From contig NC_057751.1 of assembly GCF_004010195.1 (NCBI RefSeq), positions 2,083,305-2,147,304 of the forward strand: DNA of 64,000 bases. The letters run 5' to 3'. A model generated the notes under the pieces. That model ran no database searches and was not told the origin of the DNA. It was given only the letters and a program-made list of their open reading frames with translations. Position numbers and translations under genes: made by a program. Shown one piece after another: positions 1-13,453 of the stretch. The stretch comes from Chiloscyllium plagiosum (lineage: Eukaryota). Numbering within the stretch: the stretch's first letter is position 1; each line of letters starts with the position of its first letter.

Positions 1-1340
1 AGGCAGGCAGTAATATTACAGATATTGTTCCTGGGTTGTTATTGACAGAGCAATTATTGCCTATTCCATGTGTGCAATTGTTCGAACAGTTGAATGCTTT
101 CTGAGCCACCTCCAGAAGTCAAGATGATCCATGAAAGAGGACCTAAGGTTGGATAAGGTCAGGTGTTGGCTGGATGGGGAAGTCAGGTTGGGTTCTTTTA
201 AAGAAATTGCGTGCTATTATCGTTATTTCTTTCTAACAAGAAAAAAGACCACAATTATTCCACTTTTATTCTGAACCACTGTTATAGCGTTGATTGCAAG
301 TAGGAAGTGCAAGTGAGGAGGTTTAGCTGCAACTGTACATCGCATTGCTCACCACAGTTTTAGTCTCTATCCTTAAACGCTTCAGAAAACATATACTGGT
401 TGAGTCTTACTTTTAAGGGGTTGTCTTAAAAGGAGTGCTTGAGCACATTGGACCCAGAAAACAGCAGAGCATATGGTCATCTTATTCAAATGGACAATAC
501 TGTGAAAGGAAAAATAAAACAAAGAACTGTGGATGGTGGAGATCTGAAACAAAGCAGAACTTGCTGGAGAAGCTCAGCAAGCCCAGCAGCATCTGCAGAG
601 TGATGTCAGATTTAACATTTGACCCATAGAGTCATAGAGTGAACAGCAAGGAGACAGGCCCTTTGGCCCAACTAGTCCATGCAAAGCAAAATATTCATCC
701 ATGCTAACTCCATTTCCCTGAACTTGACCCATGTCCTTCTAACCTTTTCCTATCCATGTATTTGTTCAAATAGCTTTCAAATGTTGTTAATGTACCCGCA
801 ACAACCACTTCAGTTGCTCCTCAGGCTCCCTTTTACATCTTTCCCCCCTAACCTTAAACTGAACACATGGTTGCAGGGATGGTGCAGGGGGAAGGGTTTT
901 GGATTTTTGGATAATTGGAGTTCTTTCTGGGGAAGATGGGATCTGTACAAACAGGATGGTCTTCACCTGAACCAGAGGGTTACCAATATCCCGGTGGGGG
1001 GAAGGGGGGAGATTGCTAATGCTCTATTTGGGGGTGGGGGGGAGGTTAAACTAAAGTAGCAGGGGGATAAGAACCTGAATTGTAGTTCCAGTGTACAGGA
1101 GGTTGAGGGTCGTGAGGTCAGAGATAGGTTTACAAGATCGCGAGAGGGCACTGGTAATCAGGATGTTGGTTTGAAATGTGTGTATTTCAATGTCAGGAGC
1201 ATCTGGAATAAGGAGGGTGAATTTGCAGTATGGGTTGGTACCTGAGATTTCAATGTTGTAGCCATTTCAGAGACATGGCTAGAGGAGGAACAGGAATGGT
1301 TGTTGCAGATTCTGGGATTGAGATGTTTCAGAAAGAACAG

Positions 1341-1584
1341 AGATTAGATTAGATTACATTCCCTACAGTGTGGAAACAGGCCCTTCAGCCCAACTAGTTC
1401 ACACCAACCCTCCGAAGAATAACCCACCCAGACCCATTCCCCCTATCTAATGCACCTAATTCTACGGGCAATTTAGCATGACTAATTCACCGAACCTCCC
1501 TGCACATCTTTGGATTGTGGGAGGAAACCGGAGCACCCGGAGGAAACCCACGCAGAAATGGGAAGAATGTGCAAACTCCACACA
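1341..1584 (-). mobile_element. V-SINE (HE1-like), 5'-truncated, inserted in a CR1 endonuclease region
   Basis: (agatt)n tail; core tgtgggaggaaaccggagcacccggaggaaacccacgcaga shared with the other copies. Confidence 0.85.
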
Positions 1585-2228
1585 TGATGGTAAAAGGGGG
1601 AGAGTGGGTTGATGGTGTGGCATTGTTAATCAAGGACAGTATTACAGCAGCAGGGAGGTAGTTGGCAAGAGAGGGAGCCATGGTTTATGAAAGAAGGTGA
1701 AGCTTTTGTCAAGAAGAAGAAGAAAGTTTATGTGACGATGAGGCGTGAAGGTTCAGTTCGGAGGCTTGAGAATTAAAAGTTAACCAGAAAAGATCTAAAG
1801 AGAGGGCTAAGAAGAGCCAGGAGGGGACATGAGAAGTTGTTGGCAGATAGGATCAAGGAAAACCCAAAGGCCTTTTATGGATATATCAGGAATAAAAGAA
1901 TGACTCGAGTAAGATTAGGGCCAATCAAAGACAGTAGTGGGAAGTTGTGTGTGGAATCTGAGGACATGGGGGAAGTGCGTAATGAATACTTTTTGTCAGT
2001 ATTCACATTGGAAGGGCAATGTTAGTGAGAATACAGACATCCAGGCTACAAGATTAGATGGGATTGAGGTTGACAAAGAGGAGGTTTTAGCAATTTTGGA
2101 AGATCTGAAAATAGATAAGACCCCTGGGCCGGATGGTATTTATCCTTGGATTCTCTGGGAAGCCAGTGCAGAGATTACAGAGCCTTTGGTTTTGACCTTT
2201 ATGTCATCATTGTCGACAGGAGTAGTGC

Positions 2229-2454
2229 TGAAAATGTGTTGCTGGAAAAGCGCAGCAGGTCAGGCAGCATCCAGGGAACAGGAGAATCGACGTTTTGGGC
2301 ATAAGCCCTTCTTCAGGAATCCCTCATTCCTGAAGAAGGGCTTATGCCCGAAACGTCGATTCTCCTGTTCCCTGGATGCTGCCTGACCTGCTGCGCTGTT
2401 CCAGCAACACATTTTCAGCTCTGATCTCCAGCATCTGCAGACCTCATTTTCTCC
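2229..2454. mobile_element. PLE pseudo-LTR foldback insertion, family A
   Basis: ~94-bp inverted arms (2227-2320 and 2326-2419) around loop ccctc; 16-bp TSD tcgacaggagtagtgc at 2213-2228 and 2455-2470. Confidence 0.88.
2326..2361 (+). ncRNA. Minimal type-I hammerhead ribozyme motif
   Basis: attc-CUGAAGA-a-gggc/uuau/gccc-GAAACGUC-gauu; matches the CUGANGA...GAAA...UH core. Confidence 0.7.
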
Positions 2455-3362
2455 TCGACAGGAGTAGTGCCAGAAGACTGGAGGATAGCAAATGTCATTC
2501 CCCTGTTTAAGAAGGGGATTCAGGGCAATTCTAGTAATTAAAGGCCAGTGAGCCTTACTTTGGTCGTAGGTAAGGTGTTGGAAAACGTTATAAGAGATAG
2601 CATTTAGAACTATCTACAAAGGAATAATTTAATGAGGAATAGTCAACATGGTTTTGTGAAGGATAGGTCGTGCCTCACTAACCTTACTGAGTTCTTCAAG
2701 AAGATAACAAAACAGGTGGATGAAGGTAAAGGGGTTGATGTGGTGTGTATGGATTTTAGTAAGGCATTTGACAAGGTTCCACACGGTAGGCTATTGCACA
2801 AAATACGAAGTTTCGGGATTGAAGGTGATTTAGCGGTTTGGATCAGAAATTGGCTAGCTGAAAGAAGACAGAGGGTGGTGGTTGATGGGAAATGTTCACA
2901 CTGGAGCTCAGTTGCCAGTGGTGTGCTGCAAGGATCTGTTTTGGGGTCACTACTGTTTGTCATTTTTATAAATGATCTGGAAGTGAGCAGAGAAGGATGG
3001 GTGAGTAAATTTGCAGATGACACATTTGTGGGTGAAGTTGTGGATAGTGCTGAAGGATGTTGTGGGTTACAGAGGGACATAGATAAGTTGCAGAGCTGGC
3101 TGAGAAGTGGCAAATGGAGTTTAATGCAGAAAAGTGTGAGGTAGTTCACTTCGGAAGAAGTTACAGGAATGCAGAGCACTGGGCTCATGGTAAAATTTTG
3201 ACAGTGCAGATTAAGAGAGAGATCTCGGTGTCCAGGTGCATAAATCCCTGAGAGTTGCCACCCAGGTTGAGAGGATTGTTAAGAAGGCATCTGGTATGTT
3301 GGCGTTTATTGATAGGGGGATTGAGCTTCTGAGCCATGAGGTCATGCTTCAGCTGTACAAGA

Positions 3363-3498
3363 GCTGGAAATGTGTTCTGAAGGGCTTATGCCCGAAACGT
3401 CGATTCTCCTGTTCCCTGGATGCTGCCTGACCTGCTGCGCTTTTCCAGCAACACATTTCCAGCTCTGATCTCCAGCATCTGCAGACCTCACTTTCTCC
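3363..3498 (+). mobile_element. PLE pseudo-LTR insertion, family A, internally deleted
   Basis: Short inverted end gagctggaaatgtgtt/aacacatttccagctc; 14-bp TSD tcagctgtacaaga at 3349-3362 and 3499-3512. Confidence 0.85.
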
Positions 3499-4034
3499 TC
3501 AGCTGTACAAGACACTGGTAAGGCCGCACCTGGAGTATTGCGTGTAGTTCTGATCACCGCATTATTGGAAGGATGTGGAAGCTTGGGAAAGGGTTCAGAG
3601 GAGATTTACAAAGATGTTGCTTGGGATGGAAGGAAAGTCTTATGAGTAAAGGCTGAGGGAACTGAGGCTGTTTTTGGAGAGATGAAGGTTGAGAGGTGAC
3701 TTAATCGAGACGTATAAGAGAACCGAGGGTTAGATAGGGTGGATAGTGAGAGCCTCTTTCCTCTGATGGTGAAGGCTAACATGAGGGGACATAGCTTTAA
3801 ATTGAGGGGTGATAGATTTACGACAGATATCAGGGGCAGTTTCTTTACTTAGAGAGTAATGGGGCGAGGTGGGGCCTGCCTGCAACAGTAGTGGACTCGC
3901 CAATGTTAAGGGTATTTAAATGGGCATCGGGCATACATTTGGATAATAATGGAATGGTGTAAGTTAGATGGGCATCAGATTAGTTTCATAGGTCGGCGCA
4001 ACATCGAGGCGCTGTAACGTTCTATGTTCTAGGT

Positions 4035-5320
4035 TCTAAACTGATGCCCTCTCGTCCTCAATTCCCAAACCCTGGGAAGAAGACTGAGTGATTCATCCTA
4101 TCAATGCCTCTCATGATCTTATGTACTTTGACAGGATCCCCGCTCAGTTACCTACGCTCTGAAGTAAAACATTCTCGCTTGTCCAACCTATCCCTATGAC
4201 TCAGACCCTTGAGTCCTGGCAACATCTTTATAAATTACTTCTGCACTCTTTGTAGTTTAATAACATCCTTCTAATAGCAAGGTGACCAAAACTGAACACA
4301 ATACTTCAAGTGCGACCTCACCAACATACAACTGCGACATAAGTTCCCAACCCCTCAATGCCCTGACTAATGAAGGCCAGTATGCCAAAAGCCTTCTTCA
4401 TTGTCCTGTCTACCTGTGACTCCACTTTCCGTGCACCTGAACTCCAAGGTCATTCTATTTCACTCCAATCCTTAAGGCCCTACCGTTCACCATGGAACTC
4501 CTACCTTGATTTGACTTTCCAAAATGCAAGACCTCACACTTATCTGTATTAAACTCCATTTGCCATTTCTCAGCCCACTTCCCCAGCTGATCAAGATCCT
4601 GCTGCAATTTCTGACAACCTTCCTCACTTTCCATGATACCGCCTATTTGGTGTCATCTGCAAACTTACCAATCATGCCCTGTAATGGGTACAGCACCGAT
4701 CCCTGAGGCACTCCACTAGTCACAGTCTGACAATCATCCTTCCACTATTACTCTCTACTTCCTATCGTTAAGCCAATGGTGCATCCAATTTGCCAGCTTC
4801 CTCAGGATTTCATGTGATCTAACCTTCCAGAGCAGCTTACCATGCAGAACCTGATCAAAGGCCTTACTGAAATCCATATAGACCACGTCTACCGCCCTGC
4901 CCTCACCAACCTTCCTGGTCACTTCATCAAAGAACTCTCACAAGTTTGTGAGGCATGGTCTCCCATGCACAAAGCTATGCTGATTACTCCCAATCAAATC
5001 TTGTCCTTCTAAATGCTTTTACATCTTATTTCTCAGAATGTTCTCAAGTAACCTACCTACCACAGATGTTAGGCTTATTGATCTATAATTCCCAGGTTTT
5101 TTCTTTGCAGTTCTTCTTGAATAATGGCACAAGATTCACTCCACTCCAGTCTTCCAGGATCTCACCTGTGACTAATGATGATGCAAAATTATCAGCCAGG
5201 CACCCCACAGTTTCTTCTCTAGCCTTTTGCAGTGTTCCTGGATATATCTGGTCAGGACTTAGAGATTTATCCACCTTCATACGTTTTAATCCATCCAACA
5301 CCTCCTCGACTGTGATATGG
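4035..5320 (-). mobile_element. CR1-type LINE RT fragment
   Basis: Minus-strand peptide MKVDKSLSPDQIYPGTL...EDWSGVNLVPLFKK plus CR1 3' region. Confidence 0.85.
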
Positions 5321-7721
5321 ACCACGAAGTCTTCATGTCTTTCTCCAAACTATAATATCGAATACATTCCAAGACTGAATTGGACAGATTTGTGGATTGT
5401 AGGGGAGTCAAAGCTGTAATCAGATCAGCAATTTCTGAACTGAATGGAGGGCGCACTTGAGGAGCCATTATCTCATATTTCTGCTCTTATCTCGCGGGTT
5501 CTAGTCCACTTTAAGAAATACTCTCCTCATTTGAAAGCAAGTTGGGGTGGGTGAATTATTGGACTGTGATGGGGACCAAAGCACAGGAGGCAGAATGCGA
5601 TTAGGCTGTGGTAATCCAACCGGACAAGTAATCCAAAGTCTCATGTAATGCTCTGGGGATCCAGGTTTGAATACAACCACAGCAGATGGTGAAATTTGAA
5701 CTTTAAAAAACATGGTGGAGTTAAAAGTCTGATGACAGCTATCAAACCATTATCATAACAACATCTCTGGTTCACTAATATCCTTTAGATAAAGTAAATT
5801 GCTGCCCTTATGTGGTTTGGCTGACCTGACGCCAGATGTGACTCCAGACAGAGTGGTTGACTTATAATGCATTCTGGCATCAACTAGCAAGCTATTCAGC
5901 TGAATTAACCCACTAAAAAGCCGCAAAAAAGGAATGCAATTGACCAGACCACTCGGCATTCAACCAGGAGCCAGAAATGACAACAGCAAACTCAGCCCAG
6001 AAATCCTGTGAAAGTTTCCGATGAATACTGGAGACAAGTGCTAGACTAGGACTCTCAGACAACTCAAAAGCAACAGCCTGATGTCATCCATAAATTGTGG
6101 TTCTGTGAATATGACCAAGTCCCAGACAGCACTATCACTATCCCTTGGTATGCCATTTTCCACAAGCAGGATGTATGCAGCAGAGGTGAGACAGCAGTTG
6201 ATACAGCAGTGGTACACAGTCTGGAGGCAACTGGCCTGGGATTCTGCAATACTGAGTCTGGATCCCACGGTATCTCATGGCATCAGGTCAAATACGGGCA
6301 AAGGAACTGCCTGGTGATCAGTATGCACTGTTCATCCCACCCCTCCCTCTCCTCCACATTGGCTGATGAATTGGTAGTCCTTCATACAACTTGGGGGGGA
6401 GGACAGAGGATGGCAAAGCTGGAGAATATCTTCTGAATGATAGACTTCAATATGAAATACTCAAGACTGACCCTTCAGCAACTCTAGTAACTGAAATGGT
6501 TGAGTTCAAATAGACAGAGCTGCTACATTAGTTCTGCACCAGGCATTGAGAAACTAACAAGAGGAAAAAACATACTTGATTTTTTACCAGTTCCACATAG
6601 TATCTGACCTCCAAAACAGGGCTTTGTCTACCACAAGGACTGTACAGTGGTCACAGAACATTATCAATAGGAGTGACCCGACATAGTTCTTTTGTTGGTG
6701 AAATCCTGTCTTCATCGTGAGAATACCCTCCATCTGGGTGGCACTATTGCTGTGTTAAATGAGACAGGCGTCGAACACATCTCGCAACTGAAATCTAGGC
6801 ATCATAAGACTCTATGCAACAGCAGAATTGTACACCAACATAACAGGAAACCTCATGGACTGGCCTAGGTTCCACTCAGCCATTGCCATCAAGCTAGGAC
6901 ATAAACCCTGGTTCAATGAAGAGGGCAGGAAGGTGTGCCAGGAGCAGCTCCAGGCATTCCCAAAAATGACGTCTCAATCACTTGAAGCTACTAATGTGAC
7001 AAACAGCAAAATCAACAAATGACACAGCTAAGTTATCCCACAACAAATGGATCAGATCCGTGCTTGGCAATCCTGCCACATTCAATCGTGAACACTAATG
7101 GATAATTAAACAACTCACGGAGGAGGAGGCTCCACATCTTCAGTAATGGGCAACCCATCTCAAAATAAGGCTGAAGTTATTTGCAACAAACTTCAGCTCG
7201 AAGTGCTGAGAGGAAGATTCATTTTGGACTCATCGAAAGGTCCACAACACCTCAGATGCCAATCTTCAGCCATTCCAATGCCCTCCATGTGCAATCAAGA
7301 AATGGTGAGAGGCACTACATCGTGTACAGGCCTGACAACATTCTGGCTAGAGTACTGAAGACATGGACTCCAGAATTTGCTCCTCGAGTACAGCTCTCTA
7401 AGACTGGCATCTACCCAGTAATGTGGAAAATTGCCCAGGAATGTCAGTAGTCAAAAAGTTAGACAAACCCAACAGTCTACATTCCATTATCAATAAAGTA
7501 CTGAAAAGGCTCACGAGCAATGCTATCTAGGAGCACAAGGGGAACAATAACCTGCTCTTGGGCATTCACATGGGTCACTGAGCTACTGATCTCATTACAG
7601 CCTTAATTTCATGGACAAAAGAGTAGTGCTCGAGAGCTGAGGTGAGAGTGACTTCCTTTAACATCAATGCCACCTTTGACCAATGTGGCATCAAAGAGTT
7701 CTAGCAATCATGAAATCAACA

Positions 7722-8437
7722 AGTCATGGAGATGTACAACATGGAAACAGATCCTTCAGCCCAACTCATCCATGCCAACCACATATCCTAAATTAATTGA
7801 GTCCCATTTGGAAGCATTTGGCCCATATCCCTCCAAACCGTTCCCATTCTCATACCCATCCAGATGCCATTTAAATGTTGTAATTGTATCAGCCTCCACC
7901 ACTTCCTCGGGCAGCTCATTCCATACACACACATACCCTCTGCTTGAAAAGGTTGCTCCATGGGTCCATTTAATTCATTCCCCTCTCACCCTAAACCTCT
8001 GTTCTCTTGTTCTGGACTCCACCTCCCGAGGGAAAAGACCTTGTCTATTTACCCTATCCATGTGCCTCATGATTTTATAAAATGGCACCTCTCAGCCTCT
8101 GATGCTTCAGGGGAAATATCCCCAGTCCATTTCACCTTTCCTTTTCCCTCAAACTCTCCAACCCTGGCAACATCCTTATAAATCTTGTCAGAATCCTTAC
8201 AAGTTTCACAACATCTTTCCTGGAGCAGGGAGAACAGAATTGAACACAATATTCCAAAAGTAGTCTAACCAATGTCATGTACTGCTACAACATGGCCTCC
8301 CGACTCCTTTTCGCAATGCACTGACCACTAATGGCAAGTGTGCAATATGCCTTCTTCACTATCCTGTCTACCTGTAACTCCGCTTTCAAGGAACCATGAA
8401 TCTGCACTCCAAGGTCTCTTTATTCAGCAACACTCCC
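7722..8437 (-). mobile_element. CR1-type LINE 3' fragment
   Basis: Homologous to the CR1 3' end at 22440-23150. Confidence 0.85.
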
Positions 8438-9095
8438 CTGCCCTGATATGCCTGAGCAAAATGCACCTGTATCTCTTCCGTCCAAGCTCCCAAGAGATCC
8501 TCCCACATCCATCAGAAAGTCACCTGTACCTCCATCAATGTCATCTACTGCATCCGTTGCACCTGTTGTGGTCTCGTCTGCATCGGGGAGACAGCGTGCC
8601 TTCTTGCAGGTCATTTCAGATCTCTGGGACACCCGCACCCCCCAATCCCACCGTCCCGTGGCTGAACACTTCAACTCTCCTCCCACTCCGTCAAGGACAT
8701 GCAGGTCCTGGGCCTCTTCCACCACCAAACTGTTAACACCCGACACCTGGAGGAGGAACACTTCATATTCTGCCTTGGGACCCTGCAACCACACGGGATA
8801 AATGTGGAATTTCTCAGCTTCCTCATTTCCCCTCCCCCCACATTATCACAGTCCCAAGCCTCCAACTCAGCAACACCCTCCGACCGTCTATCGCTGCCCC
8901 CTCTGACCAATCACCTTCTTCCTCACCTTCATCCATCTATCGCTTTCCCAGCTACCTCCCCCAACCCCCTCTCCCATTTATCTCTGAGCCCCCAGCCATA
9001 AGTCTCATTCCTAATTAAGGACTTCTGCCCAAAACGTCAATTCTCCTGCTCCTCGGATACTGCCTAACTTGCTGTGCTTTTCCAGCACCACACTC
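8438..9095 (+). mobile_element. Penelope-like element 3' fragment (GIY-YIG endonuclease and pseudo-LTR)
   Basis: TCTSINVIYCIRC..., HRPVAEHFNS, LEEEHFIFCLGTLQPHGINVEF, followed by a family-A pLTR with a decayed hammerhead (attcctaattaaggacttctgcccaaaacgtc). Confidence 0.85.
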
Positions 9096-9099
9096 AAGA

Positions 9100-10915
9100 C
9101 AAAATGCAGCAGATTAGATTTATCTAAAATTAAACGCCATCTGCCACTCCTCGGCACATGAGATCAAGGTCCCGTTGTACTCTGAGATAACCTCTTTGAT
9201 TGTCCATTCCACCTCCAATTTTGGTGTCAGACAGCCATAGAGTCAAACAGCATGGAAACAGACCTTTGGTCCAACTCATCCACATCAACCATGTTCCCAA
9301 ACTAAAGGTTTGGCCCATATCCTTCCAAACCTTTCCTATTTGTGTACTTGTCTAAAAGTCTTTTAAATGTTGGAATAGGACCCACATCCATTACGTCCTC
9401 TGGAAGTTCATTCCTTGCTGTGGAAAAAGGTTGTCCTTCATGAACTTTTTAAATCTTCCTCCAGTCACCTTCAAAATATGTATCCTAGTTTTGAGCTCCC
9501 CCACCCTCGGGAAAAGAGGTTGAATATTCATCTTGTAAATACCCATCCTATATGGTCACTCCTCAACCTCCTCTGCTCCTGTGAAACAAGTCCCAGCCTG
9601 TACAGCCGATTTTTATAACTCAAACCTTCCATTCCAGCAACATCTGGTAAATCTTCTCTGAACCTTCTCCAATTTAAAATATCCTTCCTTTATCAGGACG
9701 ACCAGTACTCGAGCAGAAACCTCATTATGCACAATCTCAATATGACGTCCCAACTCCAATACTCAAGAATCTGAGCAATGAAGGCAAGCATGTTAAAAAC
9801 CCTTCTCAACCATTCTGGCTTCTTGTGACACAAATTTCAAAGAATTATGTACCTGAATTTCTAGGTTTCACTCTCTTACAACACTACTCAGGACCCTTAC
9901 CATAAAGTGTATAAGTTCGATTTACCGAAGCTTACATTTATCCAAATTAAACTCCATCTGTCACTCCTCAGCTCAGTGACTCAATTAATCAAGATCCCTT
10001 TGTAATCTTGGCTAATGTTCTTCACTGTCCGCTATGAAACCAATTTTGCTGTCATCTGCAAATTTCCTTACGATGCCTCCTATATTCTCATCCAAATTGT
10101 TTGTACAAATGACAAAACAAAAGTGGGCACATCACTGATCACAGGCCTCTCAGAATCGCCTCCACCACCTAGCCACCATCAATGCTACCTGCAAACTTAC
10201 TAACCATACCCCCTATATTCACATGCAAATAATTTACACAAATGACAAAAAAAGCAGTGGAACCAGACACTAATCCTTGTGGCACACCACTGGTCACAGC
10301 TCTCCAAACTGAAAAGCAACCCTCCTCCACCACCACCTCTGTCTCCTACCTTCGATCCAATTACGTATCTAAATGGCTAGCTCTCCCTGTATTTCATGTG
10401 ATCTAACCTTGTTAAACCAGTCTATCATGCAAACATTGTCAAACACCTTTCTGAACTCCATATAGACTAACTCCACCACATTGCCTTCATTAAGCCTCTT
10501 CATCACTTCTTCAAAAAACTCAATCAAGCTTTTCCCAAGCACAAAACCACATTGACTATCCCTAGTTAATCCTTGCCTTTCCAAATACATGTAAAACCCT
10601 GTCTGTCAGAATCCCCTCCAATAATTTGCCCATCTCTGACATCAGGCTCACTGGTTTTTCTGTATCACCTTTCTAAAGTGGGACCACTTTAGCCAACCTC
10701 CAGTCTTCCAGCATCTCACCTGTGACTGTCAATGAGCCAAATATCTCAGCAAGGGGCCCAGCAATCACTGCCCCAGCTTCCCACAAACCTCTAGGGTATG
10801 CCTGATCAGGTCCTGGGGATTTATCCACCTTTATGAAGGTGAAGATGTCCACCACATCCTCCTCTATAATATGGAAACTTTTCAAGATAGTGCTATTTAT
10901 TTCCTCAAGTTCTCA
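9100..10915 (-). mobile_element. Nested CR1-type fragments
   Basis: YLERQGLTRDSQCGFV and VDKSPGPDQAYPRGLWE on the minus strand; a second CR1 tail starts at ~9235. Confidence 0.8.
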
Positions 10916-12089
10916 AGTCAATGAAAATTGGTGAGAATTTTCCACTGGTTGGAATCATATCAACACAAAGGATAGTTGTGATTGCCATTGGAGGTCAATG
11001 ATTTCATCCCCAGAACATCATTGCAGGATGTCCTAGGCCCAGTTTCCTGGGCCCAATGATCTCCAGTCGCTTCCTCAGTGACTTTCCCCCTATCATAAGG
11101 TCAGAAGTGGGAATGTTTGCTGATGACTGCACAACATTAAGCATCATTTGTGACTTTCAACTTGTGAAGAAGACTTACATGATATATACAAAGACAAATC
11201 AGAGTTCAGGTTTGGAGTCCAGTGACCCTTCCTTAGACTCTTCCACAGATGCTGCTAATCCTGCTGATCTTTTCCGGCAATTCCTGTTTTGTTTCTGATT
11301 TCAAGTATCTGCAGTTCTTTCTGGTTTTACTTGTATGATACAGATTTGGGTTTTGCATGGCAAATGAGAAATGCCATTTCTGCCAGACAAGCGCCAGGCA
11401 ATGACCATCTCCAAAAATGCAGAATCTAACTATTTCCTGTTGATTCTCAATGGCATTATGACTGTTGAATTCCTCACTATCAGAATCCTTGGAGTTATCA
11501 TTGACCAGAAACTGAATTGGACTAGCCATGCTAAATTGCCAACACTGTTTAGGATTTGCAGGCTAGTTGGATTAGCCATCGGAAATGAGTTACAGCTGGG
11601 TCTGGGTGGGATGATCTTCAGAGAGTCAGTCTGAACTCGATGGGCCAAATGGCCTGCTTCCACACTGTGGGGATTCTATGACTTGATAAGCATTGCGGCT
11701 GTAAGAGACAGTCAGAGGCGAGAAATCCTGCACTGAGTACTCACCTCCTGACTCTCCAGAGCATGTCCACAAGGCACAAGGGTGATGGAGTACTCCCCAC
11801 TTGCCTGGACAGGTGCAGCTCCAATAACACCCAGGAGATGTGACACACTCCAGGAGAAAGCAGCTTGCATGATTGACACCACATCCACGTAAATTAAGTC
11901 CCTCCACCACTGGAACACAATGCTCGCAATCCGTACCATTTAAAAGACACACTACAGAAATTCACCATGGCTTCTTGACAGCAACGTTCAAAAGTCATTA
12001 TCACTACCATCTAGAAGGTCATCGGTAGCAATGACAGAGAAACACTGCCACTTGCAAGTTTCTTTTGATGTGAAAATATATTACCACTT

Positions 12090-12957
12090 GCAAACGACAC
12101 TAAGGTCAGTGAAGTTGTGGACAGTGATTAAGGATGTTGTAGGTTACAGACCTGGGCTGAGAGGTGGCAAATGGAATTTAATACGGTCAAGTGTGAGGTG
12201 ATTCACTTTGGTTAGAGTAACCGGAATGCAAAGTACTGCACTAATAGTAAGATTCTTGGTAGTGTAGATAAGCAGAGAGATCTCGGTGTCCATGTACACA
12301 GATCCTTGAAAGTTGCCACCCAGGTTGACAGGGTTGTTAAAAAGGCATACAGTGTTTTAGCTTTTATTAACAAAGGGATTGAGTTCCGGAACCATGAGGT
12401 TATGCTACAGCTGTACAAAACGCTGGTGCGGCCGCACTTGGAGTATTGTGTACAGTTCTGGTCACCGCATTATAAGAAGGATGTGGAAGCTTTGGAAAGG
12501 GTGCAGAGGAGATTTACTAGGATGTTGCCTGGTATGGAAGGAATGTCTTACGAGGAAAGGCTGAGGGCCTTGAGGCTGTTCTCGTTAGAGAGAAGAAGGT
12601 TGAGAGGTGACTTAATAGAGACATACAAGATAATCAGAGGGTTAGGTAGGAGAGCCTTTTTCCAAGTATGGTGACGGCAAGCATGAGGAGGCATAGCTTT
12701 AAATTGAGGGGTGATAGGTATAGGACAGATGTCAGAGGTAGTTTCTTTACTCAGAGAGTAGTAAGGGTATGGAATGCTTTGCCTGCAACAGTTGTAGATT
12801 CGCCAACTCGCCAACTTACAATATTTAAGTCGTCATTGGACAAGCATATGGACATGCATGGAATAGTGTAAGTTAGATGGGCTTCAGATTGGTATGACAG
12901 GTCGGCGCAACATCGAGGGCCAAAGGGCCTATATTGCGCTGTAATGTTCTATGTTGT
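12090..12957 (+). mobile_element. CR1-type LINE 3' fragment, relatively young
   Basis: LYKTLVRPHLEYCVQFWSPHYKKDVEALERVQRRFTRMLPG; ttctatgtt tail. Confidence 0.9.
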
Positions 12958-13237
12958 TCAGTGTTGCTGGGTCAAAATCTTGGAATTCCCTCCTTAGCAT
13001 CACTGTGGGTCTACCTACACCAAATGAACTTCTTTGGTTCAAGAATGCAGCTCACCACCATCTTTTCCAGGGCATTAACGGATGGGCAACCAATACCAGC
13101 TGAACCAGAGAGTTCTCCATCTCTTGAATGAATGAAGAACAGGAAACAATCGTCATGATTCCTTTTCCTTCTGACACCCTAGGCCCATCTGAACTTCAAT
13201 TCTACAATGATTTAGGTGCAGTCCATGTATTGATGCT

Positions 13238-13453
13238 CGCTGCTGAAAAATGTGTTGCTGGAAAAGCGCAGCAGGTCAGGCAGCATCCAAGGAGCAGGAG
13301 AATCGATGTTTCGGGCATAAGCCCTTCTTCAGGAAGAAGGGCTTATGCCCGAAACGTCGATTATCCTGCTCCTTGGATGCTGCCTGACCTGCTGCGCTTT
13401 TCCAGCAACACATTTTTCAGCTCTGATCTCCAGCATCTGCAGTCCTCACTTTC
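13238..13453. mobile_element. PLE pseudo-LTR foldback insertion, family A
   Basis: Inverted arms centred on cccttcttc-ag-gaagaaggg (~13330); imperfect TSD tccatgtattgatgct / tccatgtgttgaggct (13222-13237, 13454-13469). Confidence 0.85.

Larger units (their letters stand above)
860..4032 (+). mobile_element. CR1-type LINE, degenerate (ORF1 esterase end, partial endonuclease, RT, 3' tail)
   Basis: LNTWLQGWC...DLYKQDGLHLN (SGNH-type ORF1), KTPGPDGIYP, QHGFVKDRSCLTNL, DFSKAFDKVPH, KFADDT; ttctatgttct tail; frameshifts and nested inserts. Confidence 0.9.
5600..13135 (+). mobile_element. Old L2/CR1-clade LINE split by nested insertions (host pieces at about 5600-7720, 10915-12085, 12958-13135)
   Basis: Collinear remnants KPWFNEE, IYPVMWKIAQ, EVGMFADDCT, ILGVIIDQKLNWTSH; the sequence broken at ~7720 resumes at ~10915; the tail matches 15755-15950 (rc) and 40990-41145. 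Confidence 0.7.
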
